64,000 nt of DNA from Vicugna vicugna (GCA_013265495.1 MU057989.1:1815513-1879512); one strand, 5' to 3'. Shown: positions 37,299-50,298, counted from the first letter of the stretch. Notes: a model not told the origin generated them from the letters alone. Made by a program: numbers and translations.

Positions 37299-38111
37299 GC
37301 TGATGGGGCATTTACTTTGAGAGCAGGTAGAGCACTGGAGGAAAGGCCCGGCTCCTCTTCCTCTCAGACACGCGTGAATGTCTAATTTAGGTAAAGAATA
37401 GATTCTCTTTCTCATAGAAATGTAAATGGCGGTGGCACACAGAGGCTTCTGCCTTTCAGAGCAACCACGAGCAGAAAAGCCAGTTACAAAAGTTTGTGCT
37501 TTAAGAGGGTAACGCAGGCACCACATTCCAGGATCTCTGCTATGAGGCCGTGATCCAGGCTGTGCTGAAAACAAAGGAAATGTCACCCGCTTTTCTGCCA
37601 CCCTTCTCCACCTTCCTAGAGGAGGAAGAACACTAGTAATTTTCCAAGCGCCTGTTTACTTTCACTTTATCTTGATGCCGGAGGAGGAGGAAACTTACAG
37701 GTTCCACGTCACTGGCAGCCCTGAGCCTGCGAGTGAGAAGCCATTATCGCCCAGCTGAGCTGGAAGCGCGTTTCAGCGGCCCGTTCCACCCCCGCCCCCA
37801 CAGCCTTCCGGCCCTGACGGCCGGCGATCCCCCTTCCGTCCTAAGTACCGCAGTAAGTCTTTTCCTGAACTGCTCTTTTAGGCAGAAAAGCTGAGATCTG
37901 CTAGCATTTCCGACAGTCACTGCCTCTCGGGATCAAATGTGTACACTGACCCGTCTGGCCACAGAACAGCCCCTGGTTTTGAGCATTTCACAACTTCACA
38001 CTCACTCCCCAGGCTGAAACCTGAGCTGCCCGCGGAAGCTTGGTTGGGATTGAAAGTCATCAGGATAGGATATACACTCCGGTCTTTTTAATGCTCCAGA
38101 ACTGTTTGGTT

Positions 38112-38388
38112 TGACATAGAAAACAAACTTAACAGTTAACAGGGTGAGAAAAGGGGTGGGAAGGGATAAACTGGGAGTTCGAGATTTGCAGATACTAACT
38201 ACTATATATAAAATAAACAACAAGTTTCTACCGTACAGCACGGGGAACTATATTCAGTATCTTATAGTAACCTATAACGAAAAAGAATGTGAAAAGGAAT
38301 ATATGTATGTACACATATGACTGAAACATGATGCTGTACACCAGAAATTGACACATTGTAAACTGACTATACTTCAATAAAAAAAAAA
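38112..38388 (+). mobile_element. L1 3' UTR fragment
   Basis: gacatagaaaacaaactt...gggaactatattca...tgactatacttcaataaaaa. Confidence 0.9.
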
Positions 38389-39769
38389 CTGTTTTGTGTG
38401 AAGTATTGGGATGCTGTCAGAGGAAATTCAAGGGTGTATATTGTATAAATTACCCATACCATATCTATTATAAAGCACCTCTTTTTTTTTCACACCAAAG
38501 GCCCTTCGGATGCCCGTTGTGTTTGAGTTGTTCTGCCACTAGTAGCAGAAGTTTATGCCAGTGTGTTTGCAGGGTTCTCTACTTATTTCCATCAACTTCA
38601 GAGGGGCGTGCTTAGATCATGGCACAGGTATGCCACCGTCACATAGATTAACTCACGTAACACTCACAAATAGCCCCGAATATGCAGGGAGCAAGCCCTG
38701 TGTAAAGCTGGGGTCAGATACACACTCTGTTAGTGGAGAGGTCCTTGGCCCACGCAGGGACCCCACCAGCAACTTTGACCTCCCAGGGCCAACTTCAACC
38801 AAATAGCCCACAGTTCAGACTATTACCTTGAGTTGGGAATTTGTCGTACGGCTATCTTAGCTCCATGTGTGATGTTAGGGAATACTTAGTGAGTCTATGG
38901 TTATTCTGTAGGACTGTGGATCTTTTTCATGCTCTCTATGCACCTAAGAGTGCCAGTACTATTCAGTTGCTTCTGTGAAAAAAAAATTAACTCATTATTT
39001 CTACTAATGTGCCAGTTTGAAATTGTCAGCCACTCAGGACACTGCGGTGTGGGGCAGGAGACCAACCCTCCCACTCTGTGCTGTCCCTGAAAACTGAACT
39101 TTCTCTTGGAGAGCCGTTGATGTTCCATTCTTAACCCATGAATCTTGTTTAAAATTATGGGATGGGAAGCGGGGTAGAACTTCAGTTCCCACTGGGAAGT
39201 GAAAGTTCACAACTCAGGGGAAAATCTATCCGGAGGCTGCCCTGGATTCTGGTTGCCTCCCCTCCCACGTGGTCCTCATGGCTGGCCTCTGACAGGCTCC
39301 CCTCAGAGGTGGCAGGCAGGTTCTAACCATCACTGGTCCTCCTCCCTCGTCTTTGCTGATGCAGGAACAGAGGTGACAGTCACTGCCAAGGGGGTGCGGG
39401 GGTGCCTCCTCACACCCTGGTCCTCCTTTCTGCCCTCACTTTTTAACCCAACAGGCTGGTTTCCCCCACAGGGTTTAGGCTGGAGGGGGACGCACAGAAT
39501 CTGGTCTTGCGAGTCCCTATCCTTTGCGGCAAGTCTGGGGAGGCTGGAAAGAAGAGGAAGAAGGGGCAATGGATGGAGGCAGGTCTCCCTGGGACTGTCA
39601 GCTGAACAAGAACTAAAGCAGAGGAGGAAACAGTGAAGACATGGTCAGAACCAGATGCAGTGGCATCAGAGTCATAAATTCTAAATAACAATGTCTGTAC
39701 ACGTTCCAGAGAGGAGGGTCAGTGCCAGGGAGTGGATGAGGGCACTTAATGCACATTTCATTCTGCCCA

Positions 39770-39875
39770 CAGCCCTACCCCTCAGAGGTACCGTTTCACA
39801 GATGAGGAAACTGAGAAAGTCACACAGCCAAGAGACAGAGACACGATTCAAACAAGTCTCCCTGACATCAGAGCA
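39770..39875 (-). mobile_element. MIR fragment
   Basis: ttcacagatgaggaaactgag...aagtcacacagc. Confidence 0.65.
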
Positions 39876-39925
39876 GAATATCTTTAGCCCTAACTAGGGT
39901 GTCTCCGTTAAAAAATCATGTTTGT

Positions 39926-40020
39926 GGGGGAGGGTATAGCTCAGGGGTAGTTCACATGCTTAGCACACATGAGGTCCTCAGTTCAACCCTCAGTCCCTCC
40001 ACTAACAAAAAACCAAAAAA
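39926..40020 (+). mobile_element. Vic-1-type SINE
   Basis: tRNA head; TSD aaaaa(g)tcatg. Confidence 0.85.
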
Positions 40021-40689
40021 GTCATGGTTGGTTCCTTTCTGGGCTTGGACCCCATATGGGACCATATCACATGGTGCCTCCCGAGGGAAGATGGTGAAGA
40101 AAACTGAAATCAGCCTGCACGCCAAGGCCACCTGCTTCTGTGCAAAACCGGGATGAACAGGCAGGCTCCGAGAATCTGTGGCTCCTGCATGAAAACCGTG
40201 GTGGATGGTACCTGGACCACTACCCCCTGCTGCCCTCACGGTGGAGTCACTATCAGAGACTGAGGACTTGAAGGACCAGCAGAAGCACCACCACTGGAAA
40301 CACCGTCAGCCCACAATCAGGGGATGAATTTCCATAACAACTACAATGACAAATCCTGTTTGAACACTGTTGATGGGAATACAAATCATCACAACATTTT
40401 TGGAGAGTAATTTGGCAGTAAATCAAAATTAAATATATTCATTGAACCAGCAAGTCTACCTACAGTAATCTAGCCTAAAAGTACTTTGCTGGAGGACGAG
40501 AAAAGAGTTACCTAACAATATACATTGTTTTATCCTGTTTTTGTTCAACAAATTGTGTCTGTTGATACATACGTGGGAAAAGATCTGTTAATAATTGTAA
40601 TGTAAAATTAGAAAGTGAATAGTGCCTAGGAGTAGGGGGGAAATTAAATGGATTTCACTACACTGAATTAAATTAAGTACTTCTGTTAT

Positions 40690-40940
40690 GGACATAGAAA
40701 ACAAACTATGGTTACCAAAGGGGAAAGGGTGGGGAGAGATAAATTAGGGATTGGGGATTAACAGACACACGTTACTATATATAACATAAACAATGGGGAC
40801 CTACCATACAGCACAGGGAACTATATTCAATTTCTTATAATAACATATAGTGGAAAAGAATCTGAAAAGAAAAAAATATATATATATATGTACACCTGAA
40901 ACTAACATTGTAAATCAACTACACTTAAATGAAAAAAATT
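40690..40940 (+). mobile_element. L1 3' UTR fragment
   Basis: TSD aattaagtacttctgtt on both sides. Confidence 0.88.
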
Positions 40941-41433
40941 TTTTTAATTAAGTACTTCTGTTCAATAAGACATACCAAACAAATTTAATGAGTGACTGAC
41001 TAGAAGAGATTGGAACATCTTGTCAGTATAAGAGGTTAATATCTAGAATATTCAAAGAGTTCCTGCAGATCAACAAGGAAAAGTCAGAAAACCCAATAGG
41101 TAAATGAGCAAACAAGGAATAGGCAGTTCATCCAAGAGAAGACAAAGAGATGATCAAAGTCCCTGGTAATTCCGGAAACAAAAAGAAATGCAAACAGAAA
41201 CTAAAATGAGATACTACTTTCACCCCATCAAGTTAATAAAAATTAAAAAGTTTCATGCTACCAAGTGTTGGCAAAGAATGTGGGGAGATGAAAGTTCTTG
41301 TCCAAACCAGAAGAAGGGAATATTAACTGGAGTATCCATCTCAGAAAGCCAAATGGTTCCATCTAAATTAAATAAGAGCACATCCTTTGACCCGGTGTAC
41401 TGCCCCACACTTGCGTATTTGTCCTCAAGTCTT

Positions 41434-42447
41434 TTTTTTTTTTTACATTTTTTATTGATTCATAATCATTTTACAGTGTTGTGTCAAATTCCAGTGTTCA
41501 GCACAATTTTTCAGTCATTCATGGACATATACACACTCATTGTCACATTTTTTTCTCTGTGATTTATCATAACATTTTGTGTATATTTCCCTGTGCTATA
41601 CAGTGTAATCTTGTTTATCTATTCTACAATTTTGAAATCCCAGTCTATCCCTTCCCACCCTCTACCCCCACCCCAGTAACCACAAGTCTGTATTCTCTGT
41701 CCATGAGTCTATTTCTGTCCTGTATTTATGCTTTGTTTTTGTTCATTTGTTTCTTTTTGTTTTTTAGATTCCACATATGAGTGATCTCATATGGTATTTT
41801 TCTTTCTCTTTCTGGCTTACTTCACTTAGAATGACATTCTCTAGGAGCATCCATGTTGCTGCAAATGCCATTATGTTGTCNNNNNNNNNNNNNNNNNNNN
41901 NNNNNNNNNNNNNNNNNNNNNNNNNNNNNNNNNNNNNNNNNNNNNNNNNNNNNNNNNNNNNNNNNNNNNNNNNNNNNNNNTAGGAGGGTTCCCCTTTCTC
42001 CACAGCCTCTCCAGCATTTGTCATTTTTGGATTTTTGAATGATGGCCATTCTGACTGGTGTGAGGTGATACCTCATTGTAGTTTTGATTTGCATTTCTCT
42101 GATAATTAGTGATAATGAACATTTTTTCATGTGCTTTTTGATCATTTGTATGTCTTCCTTGGAGAGTTGCTTGTTTAGGTCTTCTGCCCATTTTTTGATT
42201 GGGTTGTTTATTTTTTTCTTATTAAGTCGTATATATTTTGGAGATCAAGCCTTTGTCAGTTTCACTTGCAAAAATTTTCTCCCATTCCGTAGGTTTTCTT
42301 CTTGTTTTATTTCTGGTTTCCTTTGCTCTGCAGAAGCTTTTAAGTTTCATTAGGTCCCATTTGTTTATTCTTGCTTTTATTTCTTCTAGGAGAAAATTTT
42401 TGAAATGTATGTCAGATAATGTTTTGCCTATGTTTTCCTCTAGGAGG
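41434..42447 (-). mobile_element. L1 3' insertion (ORF2 C-terminus) containing the assembly gap
   Basis: ORFs [10 protein letters not shown].../[14 protein letters not shown].../MAFAATWM; 16-bp TSD tttgtcctcaagtctt. Confidence 0.93.
41881..41980. other. Assembly gap (100 N)
   Basis: Run of N. Confidence 1.
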
Positions 42448-42587
42448 TTTGTCCTCAAGTCTTAAGGGAGCATGTAGACTACACTGTTTACTGTGAGGGA
42501 GCTGGAGGTGAGTCAGGGGTCCGTTATCAGGGAAATATGTAAGTTAAATATGGTGGATTTTACTACAGAATAACATTACCCAGGGAA

Positions 42588-42765
42588 GGCAGGGAGTACA
42601 CAGCGCAGTGGTAGAGGGCACATTTAGTATGCACGAGGTCCTGGCTTCAATTCCCGAGACCTCCATAAAAATAACTAATTAACTTAAATAAACCTAATTA
42701 CCTCTCACTAAACAACCAACCAACAAAAAAACCCACAAACAAAATTAATAAAATATTTAAATAAA
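42588..42765 (+). mobile_element. Vic-1-type SINE (degenerate)
   Basis: gcacgaggtcctggcttcaat...aacctaattacct. Confidence 0.82.
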
Positions 42766-43267
42766 TCTGTTTGTTTGTTTGTTTGTTTATCACCCTGGAA
42801 GATGCAGAAACCTCAGAAAGCAGTGAGTAAAAAGAAGACTTGTGGCACAATACCACTTCCGAAAATTAAAAGCCCATACAGAACGTGACCTTTTCCAGGG
42901 ATACCTGCATATGTAACGAACACGAAACAGTGAGGGGCAACGCAGGGGAGGAGAATGAAAACAGAGCTGCGGGGGAGGGGAAGTTAAAAATAAAACAAGG
43001 CAGTGGGCTTGCACTGAACATGAGATTCTGTGACCAGAAGAGTAGGGTTTTTTTTTTCCACTTTTGCTTTTGTTTCATTTTGAAATTTGTCGTGAAAGCT
43101 TGGAACTTTATTATAAAACATTACCAGAAGAGTAGTTTTTAAGCAGGTACTCCCAAGGTGTTGAAGCTGGGCCAGGGGAGGAATACTTCACTTTCTAATT
43201 TTCACTCTTCTGCATTAATTTTTTCTTGCAATGAATGTGCATCACTTTGATATTTTAAAATAAAAAT

Positions 43268-43424
43268 GGGGGGTGGGTATAGCTCAGTGGTAGAGCAAAT
43301 GCTTAGCATGCAGGAGGTCCTGGGTTCAATCCCCAGTACTGCCATTAAAAAAGTAATAAAAGTCAATCAATCAATCAATCAATCTAATTACCTCCCCCAC
43401 ACACATACAAATAAAAAATAAAAA
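43268..43424 (+). mobile_element. Vic-1-type SINE
   Basis: tRNA head; TSD aaaataaaaatg. Confidence 0.9.
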
Positions 43425-43519
43425 TGTTACAGAAAAGTAGTAATTAGGCTATTAGGAAGTGTTCATAATATATTACTAGGTATACTGTGATTACATTTGT
43501 TTGGTTTTTTTTTTAATGA

Positions 43520-44030
43520 CATCTTTATTGAGACAGATATAATTCACATAACCAAAAATCCATCTTGCAATTCAGTCATTTTTGGTATATTCACAGGGTA
43601 TATTTGCAGCTATCACATATTTAACTCCAGAACATTTCACCATCCCAAAAAGAAACCCCGTGGACACTGTAGTCTCTCTCCGTCACCCCCAGTCACAGTC
43701 CACGAGTAACTTACTTCCCTTATCTGTAGATGTGCCTATTCTGGACAATTCACATAAATGGAATCATATAATATGCTGTCTGTGTGTCTGGCTTCTTTAG
43801 TAGCATAAGCTTTTCAAAGTTTATCCATGTTGCAGCATGTACTAGTACTTCATTCTTTTAATTCCCAAATAATATTCTATTAAACGATAGACTGCTTTTT
43901 GCTCATCCACTCGTCAGCTGATGGACATATGTGAACTGTTTCCACTTTTTGGCAGTTAGGAATAATGGTGCTATGAACATTCATGTGCAGGTGTTTTTTT
44001 GTCTGGGCATCAGTGTTCAATTCTCTTGAA
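43520..44030 (-). mobile_element. Old L1M 3' fragment
   Basis: ttattgagacagatataattcaca...ataaatggaatcata...atccatgttgcagcatgta. Confidence 0.82.
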
Positions 44031-44067
44031 CACAGAGATTCCACTTTTGCTTAAACAAAATATGCAT

Positions 44068-44238
44068 GGGGGGTGGGTGTAGCTCAGTGGTAGAGCATAT
44101 GCTTAGCATGCAAGAGGTCCTGGATTCAATCCCCAGGAGCTCCATTAAAATAAATAAACAAATAAATAAAATAAACCTAATTACCCCCAAAATAAAACCG
44201 CAAAAAATTTTAATTAAATAAAATAAGTATAGAAAAAA
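44068..44238 (+). mobile_element. Vic-1-type SINE
   Basis: tRNA head and tail. Confidence 0.9.
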
Positions 44239-44645
44239 GCCCTGAACACATACACCAAAATGTTAACAGTGACTATTTCAAGATAGTGAGATAATAGGTA
44301 ATTTTTTTTCCTTTGGGTGTTTTTACTTATTTTAAATTCTCAAAAATAAAACATTATTTTTTTAAATCAAGAAAAAACACATTTAAAAAAATACAAAAAC
44401 TCAGCATCTGCCCCAGAACTGGCTGGTCCTGTCTTTCCAGCACCAAACTGGGGCGGGATGGGGGGCTGTCTGTGGCTGTGGAAGGCTTCTGTGGCCTCCA
44501 AAGTGGCCTTGTTGATGTTCACGTCAACCCACAGGCCATGTGGAACGACCCACATGTATCTCCCAAAAAGCAGACATCGAGTTCAGTTCTGCTACTTTCT
44601 TCATCGCCTTATCCCAGGATAATGTCCATCATTCCCACCAAAGGA

Positions 44646-45549
44646 GTTTATTTTTAATTGAAATGTAGTCAGTTTACAACGTTGTTATTAGTTTCTGGTG
44701 TACAGTATAATATTTCAGTCATACATATACATACATATATTCCTTTTCATATTCTTTTTCATTATAGGTTACTATAAGGTATTGAATATAGTTCCCTGTA
44801 CTCTACAGTAGAAACTTGTTGTTTATCTATTTTATATATAGTAGTTTGTATCTGCAAATCTTGAACTCCCAATTTATCCCTTCCCACCCGCCTACCCCCC
44901 TGGTAACCATAAGTTTGTCTTCTATGTCTGTCAGTCTGTTTCTGTTTTGTAGATATGTTCATTTATGTGTGTTTTTTTTTAAGATTCCACATATGAGTGA
45001 TGGCATATGGTATTTGTCTTTCTCTTTCTGGCTTACTTCACTTGGTAAGACAATCTCCAGGTCCATCTATATTGCTTCAAATGGCTTCTTTTTTTTTATG
45101 TCTGAGTAGTGTTCCATTGTATATATAGATTACAACTTCTTTTTCCAATCATCTGTCGATGGGCATTTCGGCTGTTTCCATGTCTTGACTGCTGTAAATA
45201 GTACTGCTGTGAACACTGGGGTGCGTGTATCTTTTCCAATTAGAGTTCCCGCCTGATATATGCCTAGAAGTGTGATTGCTGGGTCATACAGTAACTCTGT
45301 TTTTAGTCTTTTGAGGAATCTCCATACTGTTTTCCACAGTGGCTGCACCAACCTGCATTCCCACCAGCAGTGTAGGAGGGTTCCCTTTTCTCCACAGCCT
45401 CTCCAGCATTTATCTTTTGTGGATTTTTGAATGGTGGCCATTCTGACTGGTGTGAGGTGATACCTCATTGTAGTTTTGCTTTGCATTTCTCTGATAATTG
45501 GTGATACTGAGCATTTTCACGTGTGCCTATTGGCCATTTGTATGTCTTC
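44646..45549 (-). mobile_element. L1 3' insertion
   Basis: ORF 45130..45486 [14 protein letters not shown]...[14 protein letters not shown]; 14-bp TSD ttcccaccaaagga. Confidence 0.94.
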
Positions 45550-45574
45550 TTCCCACCAAAGGATTTTACATATT

Positions 45575-45835
45575 TTTAATTTTTATTTTTTAACATTTTT
45601 TATTGAGTTATAGTCATTTTACAATGTGTCAAATTCCAGTGTAGAGCACAATTTTTCAGTTCTACATGAACATACATATATTCATTGTCATTTATTTTCG
45701 CTGTGAGCTACCACAAGATTTTGTATTTATTTCCCTGTGCTATACAGTATAATCTTGTTTATCTATTCTGCATATGCCTGTCAGTATCTACAAATTTTGA
45801 AATCTCAGTCTGTCCCTTCCCACCCACACCCCCAC
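45575..45835 (-). mobile_element. L1 3' terminal fragment (same type as 41434)
   Basis: ttttaacattttttattgag...tgtcaaattccagtgtagagcacaa. Confidence 0.85.
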
Positions 45836-45979
45836 CCCGCCGCGCGCCCTTTGGATTTTATGTTTTTAAAGAACTGGTTATTAAAGCGATTACACACACG
45901 TGCACGTACATACATCCACACTCACTCACACTCCTCTCAAGGAGCTTGGAACACTCTGCAGTCTCTCTCAGCTAAAACC

Positions 45980-47080
45980 CACTCACAGCCGCGCCTCGTT
46001 CGCCCTGAAGAGCAAAGAAATTCTGCAGATTTGAGCCGCTTGGTGGCGAATCAGGCCCGGCGGGCCCTTCCCATCAGGGTGGGCGGAGCGGGTAATTCCA
46101 GCTCTCAGGAAACCGGAGTCTGACTCATGTTTGAGCTGACTCGTGAGTCAGAACTCAAAACAGAAGAGATTTCTTTTGTCTGAGGAAAGAAGATGACTAT
46201 TAGAGCAAGCATCTCCGCGCGCTCCGGGAGAGAAAACACAAAGGAGAATTTAGAAGGAGCCAGCCGGCCGCCGGGACAATGGAAGGTCTACACCCGCCCG
46301 CCGCTCTGGGCACCAGGGAAGCTAAAAAATTTTTTTAAATTATAAAGTGACTATTTCTTAACCCTCTTTTCTTGTCTTTTAGGCTGAGATGCACAAGTAG
46401 CTTTTACGATTACTATATAATGATGATGTTTTGTAAAACCCACAGGAGCCGGGGAACCTCATTCCCGGAGGCCCGGGTCACCTCGGCCACAGGCCCCCGG
46501 GGAGCCCAGACCGACCCCCCGCCGCGCCCCAGGGGTGGCAGGACCCTGTCAGTGTTTTCTTCACTCACGGAAAACCATCCTGAAAAGCCACCAGGGCCCA
46601 GACCTCGCAGTACGAACTTGCCCCTCTTGTCCCGGGTGCAGATTCTTGAGGAACCCGGCGGCTGAAGACAAGATTCAGAAATCAGTGGAATTTGTTCCCA
46701 CCCGGGTTCACCTCGTCCGCCTGGCTTCGGGATCAGATGCCCGCTGCGCCCCGGCTCCTCTGTCCCCTCCCTGGGACCTGGCGAGGTCCTGGAGGGCTCG
46801 TGCCCCAGGGAGGGAGGCGTCGCCCCCGCGTCCTACCCCAGCTAGCCCGCACCCTGAGCCCGCCTCGGACAGCTTCCTGCCCGGCCCCAAAACCCAGGGT
46901 GCCACCCCAACTCATACGCTGCTCCCCTAGATCTCCCTCCCAGCCTCCCAGAACACCTAATCCTCGTACACCGGGACCCCCAATCCCCGATTCACAGGTA
47001 CATGCGGGTGTCTCTGCTGTCCCTGCGGGTGAGACAACTGACCTTTGAGAGGGAAAGGAATACTGTTAATGAGTCACCCA
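45980..47080. promoter_or_regulatory. CpG island / putative enhancer or promoter with GC box and AP-1 sites
   Basis: High CpG density; gggcggag at 46081; TGACTCA 46121-46127; TGAGTCA 46144-46150 and 47070-47076. Confidence 0.65.
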
Positions 47081-47361
47081 GACAACCGAAATACTAGGGT
47101 CACCTTGGGGGATTTGAGCAATTTACCTAAATTCAGAAAACACTGTTTACTCCTAACGCTCCAGTGAAAAAGGAAAGAGGGAAGGGAGCAGGTGGAGGTG
47201 CAGTTTCAAAAGAAAAGAAAGCCCAATTCGGTGCTGCATTTTCAAAAAATATCCCATTTCATTAACAGCTCTTAGACCTAGTTAGTATCGTTTGCACTGC
47301 TTTTGTTAAATACTTGGAGATTTATTTGTAAACGCTGCAAGAATTTCTGTGGACATCAGCA

Positions 47362-47397
47362 AAGCAGGGTTGGCAAGTGAAGCAGGGTTGGCAAGTG
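47362..47397. repeat. 18-bp perfect tandem duplication aagcagggttggcaagtg
   Basis: Direct reading. Confidence 0.92.
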
Positions 47398-47615
47398 TAG
47401 GAGGGGATGTGGAACTAGCCTCATTGTGTCAGACTAACCTGACAATGGTATTTCTTCCCAGAGGGGTCTCAATGCAATATCTTTATATGCATATAATTAT
47501 TATTTACATATATACAAATTTTGAAAGTAATATTTATTTTCTAGCGGTAGCATCCTAGTTACCTGCCTAGGTGTAGTCAGCAATAGCCAACCAATTGTCT
47601 TTTGAATTATTTAAA

Positions 47616-47735
47616 TTTTTTGAGGGGAGTAAATAATTAGGTTTATTTATTTATTTTTGATGGTAAGATTGGGTATTGAACCCAGGACCTCCTGCATGCT
47701 AAGCATGCGGTCTATCACTGAGCTACACCCTCCCC
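47616..47735 (-). mobile_element. Vic-1-type SINE
   Basis: tRNA head reversed. Confidence 0.88.
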
Positions 47736-47769
47736 GCCAGTTGTTTTTTAAACAAACTCACAGCACATA

Positions 47770-47900
47770 CTGTTTATTGTTATCATTCCCATTTTATACA
47801 TAGGGAAACTGAGACAAAGACAGGTTAAGTAAATTGTCCAAAATCTCACCTCTAATAAATTGCACAGATGGGATTAAAACCTAGGCAGTCTACTGCCAGT
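47770..47900 (-). mobile_element. MIR fragment
   Basis: cccattttatacatagggaaactgagac...ggttaagtaaattgtccaa...cctaggcagtct. Confidence 0.75.
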
Positions 47901-48739
47901 GTCCACGCACCCAAGCACCTGAGGTCTGCTGACCCGACCTTTGACTGCAGTAGGAAACTTGTGAATTGGCTTAGTTAAGCTCCTTCGCTAAAGATGCCTT
48001 AGCAAAGATGTGTTCTGCTACTGCCATACCTCTTGGACAAATGTTCCCGTCAGCCATCCTAGAATAGAGCTGCTGACGAGGATTCACCCAGACAGGGCGA
48101 GGCCTTCAGCAGCGTGACCCAGTCTCTCTCTCTAACCCTCAGCTTCGGCTGAGCTGAAATTCCTGTTGGTCCTTTCCTGCCTCAGCGTTTTCTCTGTGCT
48201 TTCCCTCCACCTAGAATGCCCCCAAGGCAAATCTCCCCAGACGACTCCCCTGTTTTTGAATCTCCATCTACCTTCAAGGCCCAGATCAAACTGGCATTCC
48301 ACTGTCACAGCAGACAGAAACTCTCCAAAGTCTGAAATGCTAAGGCCTCTATTATCTGCACCACTCACATGCCTACATATCTTATCTCCCTACTCCGTCA
48401 GCAATTTCTTTCTCCCGAAACACTTAGCACAGCACATTTTACATAAATAGTTTTCTGAATGTGTAGCCCCACATTGTTTGTCCTTCATCCATCCTCTCTG
48501 CTAAATATCTACTTTATATATATAAATTTTCAAATTTCTACATATATATAAAATTTCAACAACAAAAAAAGACTTCCTCCTAAGAGAACCATAATTTTAT
48601 TCAGTTATCTTTTTCTTTCTAGTTCTGGAAATAGACTTATTTTTTCTCGGCCAGTACTTCTCAATAGAAATATAAAGTGGGTCTCCTGCGTAATTTAAAA
48701 TTTTCTAGTAGCCACATTAAGAAAATTGTATATTAAAAA

Positions 48740-48912
48740 TAATATATAAAATGAGTAAACAGCACAGGCCTACTGTATAGCACAAGGGAGCATAGTCAAT
48801 ATCTTGTAGTAGCCTAAAATGGAAAAGAATCTGAAAAGGAATACAAGTATGTGTACATATGAGTGAAACATGATGCCATACACCAGAAACTGACACAGCA
48901 TTGTAACTGACT
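48740..48912 (+). mobile_element. L1 3' UTR fragment
   Basis: cctactgtatagcacaaggg...ggaaaagaatctgaaaa...cattgtaactgact. Confidence 0.85.
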
Positions 48913-49302
48913 AAAATCATTATGTTCTTACAGCATTTATTCCTATGAACTTATTCCCTCTGTGCCTCTGGATCCTAATGTAGAAAATAAGACCGCAAAT
49001 ACCTGTCCTACCGGGGACTAGAGTGGTGGCCAGATTACAAATCCAAAAGATTTACTGAGATTTAGAGCTTACGCATCAGCTGTTGCCCCCAAAACATTTA
49101 CAGCATCTAATTGCAAAAGAGTTTGCCAGGCTGCAGGATCCAACTCCTGTTTTATGAAACATTTTAAACATTGAACAGTATAGAAAATATATGATACCCA
49201 TATTACCATCTGTTCAATCTGGCTAACAGTCATATGGGTGTCAGTATTTTCTGTACTTTTCAATGTTTGAAACATTTCATTAAACAATTTTTTTAACGTT
49301 TA

Positions 49303-49424
49303 ATCTTCTTTGGGGGGGTAATTAGGTTTATTTATTTATTTATTTTTAACAGAGGGGTACTGGGGATTGAACCCAGGACCTCCTGCATGCTAAGCATGCA
49401 CTCTACCACAGAGATATACCCTCC
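49303..49424 (-). mobile_element. Vic-1-type SINE
   Basis: tRNA head reversed. Confidence 0.9.
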
Positions 49425-49942
49425 TGCTTCAAAACTATAATTTTTAAAAACACCGAAGTCAAGTATCAACGTCTTCTCTTGGATGGCTCTCTTTGCCTCC
49501 CACCCCTCCATGCAGTCCATCCCCAGCGTCACATTAGATGCTGCTTCTCTGTATCTGTGATGCTCTGAGGTGACTTCTGTTTAATCACTTGTCACATTTC
49601 ATTCAACTTCTCACCACATCAAGTTCTGAGCTCTCTGAGGGCAGGACCAAGCCCTTCATCTCTGTCTCCTCATGAAGACTCATGCCTGGCATATTGTGAG
49701 GCTTAATAAATGTCTCATAAATGTTAACTCTGTAAATTAATATGAATGAAGGACTCTGGTTTCTGTCTGAGTCTTCACCAACAACCAGAACTTCCTTTCT
49801 TCTTTGAAACTGTTTCTCCTCTCCACTCCCCTTTTGTCCTAGACCTAAATTCCTCTGAATGTTTTTACTACCTGTCTTCAGAAAAATGTGATAGCCACGT
49901 ATCAGAGAAGAAATGTGCTTTGATTAAAATCAATTTACATAT

Positions 49943-50298
49943 TGCTATAGACTGAAGGTTTGTATCCTCCCAAAATGCGTATTTGGAACCTAACCCCAAC
50001 GTGATGGTATTTGGAGGTGGGTCTTTGGGAAGTGATTAGGTCATGAGGGGAGAGCTCATAAATGGTATTAGTGCCCTTATAAAAGAGACCCTAGAAAGCT
50101 CCTTTGCCCTTTCAGCTGTGTGAGGACTCAGACACATAACGGCTATCTACGAACCAGGAAAAAGGCTCTCACTAGACAGCAAATCTGCCAGTGTCTTGGT
50201 CTTGGACTTCCCAGCCTCCAGAACTGTGAGAAATAAACGTTGTTCATAAGCTTTCAGACTCTGGTATTCCCTTATAGTGGCCTGAATGGATTAAGACA
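49943..50298 (+). mobile_element. MaLR solo LTR (MLT1A-like)
   Basis: TGCTATAGACTGAA...ggacttcccagcctccagaactgtgagaAATAAA...TAAGACA; imperfect 5-bp TSD cat(a/g)t. Confidence 0.9.

Noticed and set aside
45130..45486. L1 ORF2-like ORFs as active genes
   Set aside because: 5'-truncated fragments lacking ORF1, endonuclease and RT.
46372..47048. Pro/Arg-rich ORFs in the CpG island
   Set aside because: Typical compositional artefact; cannot be supported as coding.
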